Origin: Epithemia pelagica
Lineage: Eukaryota; Protista; Bacillariophyta
Reading direction: 5' to 3'
Length of the DNA stretch: 64,000 nt
Assembly: GCA_946965045.2 (NCBI GenBank)
Contig: OX337228.1
Coordinates: 6,262,001 to 6,326,000 of the forward strand
Below the pieces are notes generated by a model. The model saw only the letters and a program-made list of their open reading frames with translations, was not told where the DNA came from and searched no databases. This document shows, piece after piece, positions 57,915 through 64,000 of this stretch (within the stretch, counting starts at the first letter, position 1; the number at the start of each line of letters is the position of its first letter). Position numbers and translations under genes: made by a program.

Positions 57915-59363
57915 TTAGGAGGATGGTGCCTCGTTTCCATGGTTGCCACTGGCCGCACTTCCTCCTTGCAAAAGGGCATTGACTTGTTGACGCAATCGTT
58001 CTTGCAGTTCTTTCTTGTTGCCACTAACTTTTAATCCTTGCGAACGCAAAATTTCCTTGAGTTTTTTGACCGTCAACAAATCAATAGGATCACTGGAAGA
58101 TGGAGACGATTCGTTCTGGTTGTCCTCCTCTTCCTCGTAGTCGTCCTCATCATCATCATCATCATCATCATCATCTTGTGATTTTGATGCGGCAGCATCT
58201 TGAGCAAAGGCGGCGCGGGTGAAGTATCGCGTTTGCTTTACTACATTCTCGTCTTCCTCGTCCTTTTCATCTTCTGCAGCATCGCCCTTGCCTTCAGTGG
58301 CAGAAGACACAGCCGCTCCCTTTTGGTCGGTCGTGGTTGTTGTGTGCCAAGGAGAATTGGTATCCAAAAATGGAATTGGTTGTGCTGGTTCTTTCGATGC
58401 TGCAGCTTCTGGGCCATTTTCATTGGAAGTTTCGTCGAAAGATGATGGTGTTTGAAATGGATGTGGCTGTGGATCCTCCGTAGCAAACGGCATTGACAAG
58501 TCTTGTTGTTGTTGGGTCTCGACAACTTCTTTTAGCAATCCAGCTTTGGTCAATTCTTCAAATTTGGCTTGGGTAGCATTCAAATCCGACGAAAAGAGTG
58601 ATTTGTCGACCATACTCATGTTCAAATTGTCAATGTCCACGCCCAGACTGGCAGCATACTCTTTCACATCCAGTTCTTCTGGTTTGTCATAGGTTCTCGA
58701 CACAACCTCGTCATCATCGTCCAGAAACAAGCCGTGCCAATCGTATTGACAGGTTTCAAAGTCATCGCTGGGTGTTCGAATCCATTTTTCAACCGTGACT
58801 GTTACTTCTCGATACGGCAAGGCTAAATTCATCATGTCGGCATCTTGCGTCACATCGTCTATAATCCAATACGTACCATCCAGTGACACACGTCCTCGCA
58901 AAGTTCGATTGCCGTCGAGCAAAACTCGTGTCGTTCCATTGGGTTGAACCAATTGAAGATCAATCGATTTGGAAGTGGCACAAAACTGAACATCCTTGGC
59001 CCTTGTTTCTTTGGGAACCTTGACCGTGACATCAATTTCAAACGCTTCTTCTTTCCACGTATAACCCCGAGCAACGCCACTTCCCGAGTACAATCGAACC
59101 TGGTCACGGCGTCCTGGAAGGTGACGGCTTTGATCATGACCAAGGATATTCGCACTTCCCGTGGTCCATGTCGATTGTCTCCCTGGATTGGTCCGCGGAA
59201 CTACCGACGAAAAGGCTTGTGTTGTAGAAAAAGATGATTGCAATACCATTAAGGACATTGATAACAGCATAGACCAGCAACACCATGACGCTGCCAAGAT
59301 CACAGCACCCCGTCCTACCACCGTAGGATTTGGTGTTCGTTTTCGTTTCCCAATGGTCGCCAT
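57915..59363 (-). CDS. Plastid-targeted CS (p23/NudC-like) domain + SAP domain protein
   Basis: Signal peptide ending TQA-F. CS-like YTWKEEAFEIDVTVKVP..KDVQF..SIDL. C-terminal SAP LTVKKLKEILRSQGLKVSGNKKELQERL. Confidence 0.85.
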   Translation of the reverse strand: MATIGKRKRTPNPTVVGRGAVILAASWCCWSMLLSMSLMVLQSSFSTTQAFSSVVPRTNPGRQSTWTTGSANILGHDQSRHLPGRRDQVRLYSGSGVARGYTWKEEAFEIDVTVKVPKETRAKDVQFCATSKSIDLQLVQPNGTTRVLLDGNRTLRGRVSLDGTYWIIDDVTQDADMMNLALPYREVTVTVEKWIRTPSDDFETCQYDWHGLFLDDDDEVVSRTYDKPEELDVKEYAASLGVDIDNLNMSMVDKSLFSSDLNATQAKFEELTKAGLLKEVVETQQQQDLSMPFATEDPQPHPFQTPSSFDETSNENGPEAAASKEPAQPIPFLDTNSPWHTTTTTDQKGAAVSSATEGKGDAAEDEKDEEDENVVKQTRYFTRAAFAQDAAASKSQDDDDDDDDDEDDYEEEEDNQNESSPSSSDPIDLLTVKKLKEILRSQGLKVSGNKKELQERLRQQVNALLQGGSAASGNHGNEAPSS

Positions 59364-59869
59364 CGTCGTGTTCTTTGATCTGAGAGGCCTTTGGCTGATT
59401 GATACAGAACATGCTTTCGTGGATACGATCCATTGGTCGTCAAAGATCTGCGACCAAAATCGCTATGTCCATCCCGATCCACCCGAGGGATGCTAGCTAA
59501 GGCAACGTGCGTTTTTTTCAATGTAGAGAGCAGCCTACGAGTATCCTCCTAGAAAGAGCTCCATAGCATCGGTTCCTTGGTCAATAAGGATCCACGACCG
59601 AGACACTGGACCACAACAAATGGTAATGATCCATCTTTTCATCTACAACCATAAGTGACTCTCTCGGAAATTCCGACAATCCCAGGGTGTTTGCAGGGTT
59701 TGTTGTTTTGAAATCATGAAACTGATACGAAGTATTATTTAGTACTAGGATGATATATAGAAACGTGAGTGTGGAATCGCATATGTTTTCACTGTACAAG
59801 TCTTTTCTTGGTTGTATTCGAACGTGACCGTGAGGCGGTCGTTTCCCCAAACGCGTTGTGTACTTTGGA

Positions 59870-61165
59870 TTAGACCACCATTTCCGGTGCATCCATGTCC
59901 AAACCGGTCGGTGTACAACACGATCCGGGATATTCCTTGTCATTGTGCGTTTGGCGACTCATCTGAATACTCGTACAGCAGCAGCAAAAGAGCATACAGC
60001 AGCAATCATCCATGATTTCCGGGAGGAGACTGGAAGGAATGTTGTATCGCTTCCGAATGGTTTTACGGAGATTGCGTCCTGTATACACCAACAAGGCAAT
60101 CAGGTACAACAGCACCAACACAAAGCCCACAGCGGTTACGTTGGCCAGGGCCACAACGACCAAAAACGAAAGCACAATCTTGTTGTAGGACAAACTAATC
60201 TCCATATCAGTATCCCGCTGACCCTTCCAATTCAACTTGAGGCGGGTGAGCAATTGGGCCAAGAGGACAGGGACACAGCAAAAGGCCATCCAAAAGGTTG
60301 CCTGTGTCACGACATCGCAACAGGCACACAAGGGGTACCGCCATCGTCCATACGGGGCGCCCAAGGCATCGCGTTCGAGAAACTTGTTGTTGTTATGCGG
60401 GCCTTGTTCCACTTTGCTTGTCCCCGCCTCGGATGGCTCTTCCATCGTGGTCTCGCCGTCTTCACCACTGGGTACTCCATGGGGAGAGGTCGTAATGTAG
60501 CTGTGCTGGTCATGATAAAAGCTCGTTGCGTCTTCGTCTTCCTCCTCGGTTGGTTTGGCAGTCAACGCAATACTGCTCGTGTCGTCATTCTCGTGCTCCG
60601 GAGAATGGGTGCTTCGACCACGACGAGTCGAATGTCCTTCTTCTATGGAAAGAGCTGCAAGGTCTTTGGGATGAGGAATTTCAAATTCTTGGCCCTCCTC
60701 AACACCTCCCTCGGGAACAGTCACGGTATATGTTTCGTCTTCAATTTCGACATCGAGTTCAAAACCTTCGGTCAATGTCTTGGGGGCCACGACTACGACG
60801 GTCCGAATAGATGGCAGCACGTGTGGAGAGACTTGAAGAGGCTCATCGTGTACAGCCTCGTGGTTTCGAATTGTGGATGATCTTCGATGATGATTCTTGG
60901 TTTGTGGTGTTTTTGTGTTGGTACTGATAGTACTGGGCTGCAAGGATTTTTTGGTACTGGATTTGCTGCGACGAGATCGAATTCCATGACTGTTCAATGG
61001 TGTATGAGGAAGGGATGTTTCATGTTCTTCTACGACAGTAGTCTTTTGGGGTGTGGGTTGCCGTCCGCGACGGTCATTGTTTTCCTTGTCTCGTCGAGTC
61101 TTTCGAAAGGATGAAAATCGAGGAGGTGGGGAAAAGTTCAAGTCAGGAAAGAGACTGCCAGTCAT
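59870..61165 (-). CDS. PLAC8-family Cys-rich membrane protein with N-terminal extension
   Basis: GRWRYPLCACC, FCCVPVLLAQ, IRKRYNIP..DDCCCMLFCCCCTSIQMSRQ. N-terminal VVAP..EG..VTVPEGGVEEGQEF domain. Confidence 0.88.
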   Translation of the reverse strand: MTGSLFPDLNFSPPPRFSSFRKTRRDKENNDRRGRQPTPQKTTVVEEHETSLPHTPLNSHGIRSRRSKSSTKKSLQPSTISTNTKTPQTKNHHRRSSTIRNHEAVHDEPLQVSPHVLPSIRTVVVVAPKTLTEGFELDVEIEDETYTVTVPEGGVEEGQEFEIPHPKDLAALSIEEGHSTRRGRSTHSPEHENDDTSSIALTAKPTEEEDEDATSFYHDQHSYITTSPHGVPSGEDGETTMEEPSEAGTSKVEQGPHNNNKFLERDALGAPYGRWRYPLCACCDVVTQATFWMAFCCVPVLLAQLLTRLKLNWKGQRDTDMEISLSYNKIVLSFLVVVALANVTAVGFVLVLLYLIALLVYTGRNLRKTIRKRYNIPSSLLPEIMDDCCCMLFCCCCTSIQMSRQTHNDKEYPGSCCTPTGLDMDAPEMVV

Positions 61166-61559
61166 GGTATCTTTTAGGATTGAGTTATGATGGACGATGG
61201 ATGGTTCACAATGCAAAATGTGTGAAGGAGGAAGTCAATGAGACTTTGAAGAGAGAACACAACAAGGAAAGCCCCGATGTCGATGTGGTCTACCTATCCG
61301 AAGTTCGCACCTCTGTGGACAGAAGCCAAACAGCGTGACAGCGAGTGAAGGCGAGTGCGCGACGATTCAGTCGCCAGGCGTGATAATCGAGCCGGGCTTG
61401 GCATCACAATATGCATAATTGTACATGTGACACACGTATGACATATCTCAGATGATTTGATAGAGATGGAGGTGGCGCCATAGCTACCAGGAGATCCCCA
61501 CAGGATCGAAGATATACTCCTCTCTAGAAAAAAGAAAAAGATCTGACGACCATGGCACC

Positions 61560-62720
61560 ATGCTGCCTGCAAAATATCAAACCTCAAGACCCCATCGTAG
61601 CTCTGATGATGACGACGATGACGAAGACCTTCCTGTGCGAAGGCGACATACCAAGAACAACCATCCACCGTTACAGCCACAACAACCTCCCTTAGGCTTG
61701 ACTGGGGTAATATGTCAAAGCTTTGACCTGTCCATCCTCCATCGAGGGAGTTTGCACTACACCATCTTTAGGCCACGAAACCTGAAATTCATTCCGCCTC
61801 TTGTATGTGTGGCTGGTGGTCCGCTGCTGCCCTGCATCTACTTGCAACCCATTGTGCACCTGATTACCGATCGATCCATTATTTTTTACGATGCCCTGGG
61901 TTGTGGTCAATCGCAACTGGACAAATCTAAAGTACCAACCAACAAAACCGTATCTTCCATGTCCGACAAGACAACAACGACGAAACAAGATGATATAATT
62001 CCAGACATGGTGCAGGATTTGGCATTCTTCATTCAACGATTGGCGTTGCCACATTTTCATTTACTGGGTCATTCGTTTGGAGGCATTATAGCCTATGAGT
62101 ACTTGAAAACAAAAAGTCTGAGGCATATACCATCCTCGTCCCCAAAGAACGGCAAGAGCTCCTGCTTATCCTTGACCTTGGTGAGTACACCAGTTTCGAT
62201 TGCTCAGGCAATCAACCATAGTCATGAGCTGCAAGATCAACTACGACAAGAGTACAAGGCAGAGGGCAAACACGATTTTGATGTGGATGGTGATGGTCCA
62301 CTTTTAGCAGAGTACGCGAAACGTCATGAGTGTCGTCTCGAACCAATACCTCTACCACTCCAACAAGCTTTATTCGGTGTCTTTTCCTCGGCATCCAAAG
62401 GTCTGGCGGCTGTCCAACACTACAATGCTCAGGAGTCTAGTAACAAAGAATCGTTGGACGGAAATCAACCGATTGATGGACAAGAACATGACGATACACC
62501 AGATTATCTGACTCCAGATGCTCATCCGTTCCCACCATCTCTTGTTCTTCGAGGGGAGCATGATTTCGTGTCTCTCGAGTGCCAAGAGGAATGGAGGTCT
62601 CTGCTGGGAAAGGATGTACAGTTTGTGGAAATTCCAGACAGCGCTCACTATACCATGCTCGAAAACGAAGATGAATTTGCAAATGCCGTACGCACTGTCC
62701 TACGTGATCCACCAGCATAG
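61560..62720 (+). CDS. Alpha/beta hydrolase, proline iminopeptidase-like
   Basis: AGGP oxyanion loop, FYDALGCGQS, nucleophile elbow GHSFGG, GEHD acid and SAHY histidine. Confidence 0.85.
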   Translation: MLPAKYQTSRPHRSSDDDDDDEDLPVRRRHTKNNHPPLQPQQPPLGLTGVICQSFDLSILHRGSLHYTIFRPRNLKFIPPLVCVAGGPLLPCIYLQPIVHLITDRSIIFYDALGCGQSQLDKSKVPTNKTVSSMSDKTTTTKQDDIIPDMVQDLAFFIQRLALPHFHLLGHSFGGIIAYEYLKTKSLRHIPSSSPKNGKSSCLSLTLVSTPVSIAQAINHSHELQDQLRQEYKAEGKHDFDVDGDGPLLAEYAKRHECRLEPIPLPLQQALFGVFSSASKGLAAVQHYNAQESSNKESLDGNQPIDGQEHDDTPDYLTPDAHPFPPSLVLRGEHDFVSLECQEEWRSLLGKDVQFVEIPDSAHYTMLENEDEFANAVRTVLRDPPA

Positions 62721-63133
62721 TTCATTACACTTCCCAATGGCGTCCGAGTGCGTCGATAACATCAGTCGCACTGGGTCTTCGTACATCGAACTAATGGTGT
62801 TCCTTTTCATGGATCATCGAGCATCAAAATTTAGCGTTCACACGCCTATGACATGCCGCAAAACCATTATGACCTCTTCAGTAGCCCTCCAACTAAACTT
62901 TAACATTAGAAGTATTCCTACAGGTATATTCCACATATGCTTAAGGAGAGACTCAGATCTGAACGGACGTGCAGCTGTGGGTCAATTGTTTTTTTTGCCT
63001 GCTTGTTGCATGTCTATGAAAAAGTTTATGTGGGTTGTTTTTCCGGTCCAGCCTCTCATGATTTGTTCGACCACTAAATTGCCAACTTCAGATCATGGTT
63101 AGCATGATCTCAATAGATGAGTCGCTACGTCAG

Positions 63134-64000
63134 TCAGACATGAGTTTCGAGATGGGAGAGAGCAAAGAATGCTGCCATCAATGACCAAATAAAGCCGACT
63201 CCAAGAATGACTTTAAAAAGGGCCTTCGTTGACCTTGACCTCATACGGACCGAGTACACAGCCAACACACCCCAAACAACTATTGTCGTTCCGTAGAGAA
63301 GAATCCAATACAGAATACCGTATTGGTTTGGAAGTCCCAAGCGCTTCAAAATCAGCTGACGGGGCAATTTTAGAAAGGGCGGGACGGCATCCAATGCATC
63401 TCGTACGAGACCATAAAAGGTTTTGCATCGCTCCTCTGCATCTGCCGAAGACATCTGCTCAAAGAGTTCTTGACAAAAAGCAGCTTGTGAGGGGATCCGA
63501 AACGACGCTTGACAGTAAGCTGTACGATCGACCGACATGCTGGCCTTAGCAAAGAACGAAAGTGATTGACAAAGCAATGACGGCGACATCCGAACGCCTC
63601 TTGCACACAAGAATTTAACGGCCCTGTCACAGCCTTTGGCCATGATGTAGCGAATGTAGTCATGAGGTTTGGGTCCATGGTAATGAATAACATAAGAACG
63701 TCGAAACACCCGGTCCTTGACTTCCCAGTAGGGTTTGAAATTGAAATACTGAGAAAGAAATTTCACGCTGTCATTGTAAAACACCAAATAGGCTCCTTGA
63801 TCACTGGGAGATGGGTGATCGAACCTACCCTTGGGAACATGTCTCATTATGAAAGCCATGAATTCAGTATGAGTGTGTCGAAGATGAGGAATATTCATGA
63901 GTGTGACACCAGCATTCGAGGGCTTGGTGTCTTCAAAGTTGATCTCTGAGCTCATGGCAATGCCATATGTCAGATTCAGACCAAAGTCGGCTAATGTAAA
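63134..64000 (-). CDS. GT8-like glycosyltransferase, 5' part outside the window, with C-terminal TM helices
   Basis: Frame open to the window edge. NAGVTLMN, SDQGAY, FNFKPYW, IHYHGPKP, two C-terminal hydrophobic segments. Confidence 0.78.
   Translation of the reverse strand, partial: FTLADFGLNLTYGIAMSSEINFEDTKPSNAGVTLMNIPHLRHTHTEFMAFIMRHVPKGRFDHPSPSDQGAYLVFYNDSVKFLSQYFNFKPYWEVKDRVFRRSYVIHYHGPKPHDYIRYIMAKGCDRAVKFLCARGVRMSPSLLCQSLSFFAKASMSVDRTAYCQASFRIPSQAAFCQELFEQMSSADAEERCKTFYGLVRDALDAVPPFLKLPRQLILKRLGLPNQYGILYWILLYGTTIVVWGVLAVYSVRMRSRSTKALFKVILGVGFIWSLMAAFFALSHLETHV

Overview
Gene-dense eukaryotic nuclear DNA, not prokaryotic. Short GT-AG introns (about 70-180 nt), bipartite plastid-targeting presequences and several diatom-typical families (type-II LRR receptor-like protein, DUF6824, N-extended PLAC8, sulfotransferase) point to a diatom, probably a pennate one; this is an inference. 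Positions 1-46.4 kb and 55.5-64 kb hold about 29 apparently intact genes. These include MCM4, RPS3, RPL26, YIF1, Mini-RNase III, a cyclin, NDUFS7, PUS10, cytosolic ValRS and ALG1, mostly in alternating head-to-head/tail-to-tail order. Between them (46.4-55.3 kb) is a 9-kb island of broken, almost all plus-strand gene fragments: ABCB NBD, two PPR-related pieces sharing a 245-bp repeat, PDZ, and a thiamine pyrophosphokinase pseudogene. The island also holds an LTR-like element, a compound microsatellite, and one intact TM/coiled-coil ORF ending in an HMGN-like RRSARL motif. A second highlight is a left-edge TPR + PDK1-like kinase with an activation-loop Glu, a BC-box and a degenerate CPPED1-like domain. 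No CRISPR, rRNA or tRNA genes were found. All family calls are by-eye motif recognition; no database searches were run.
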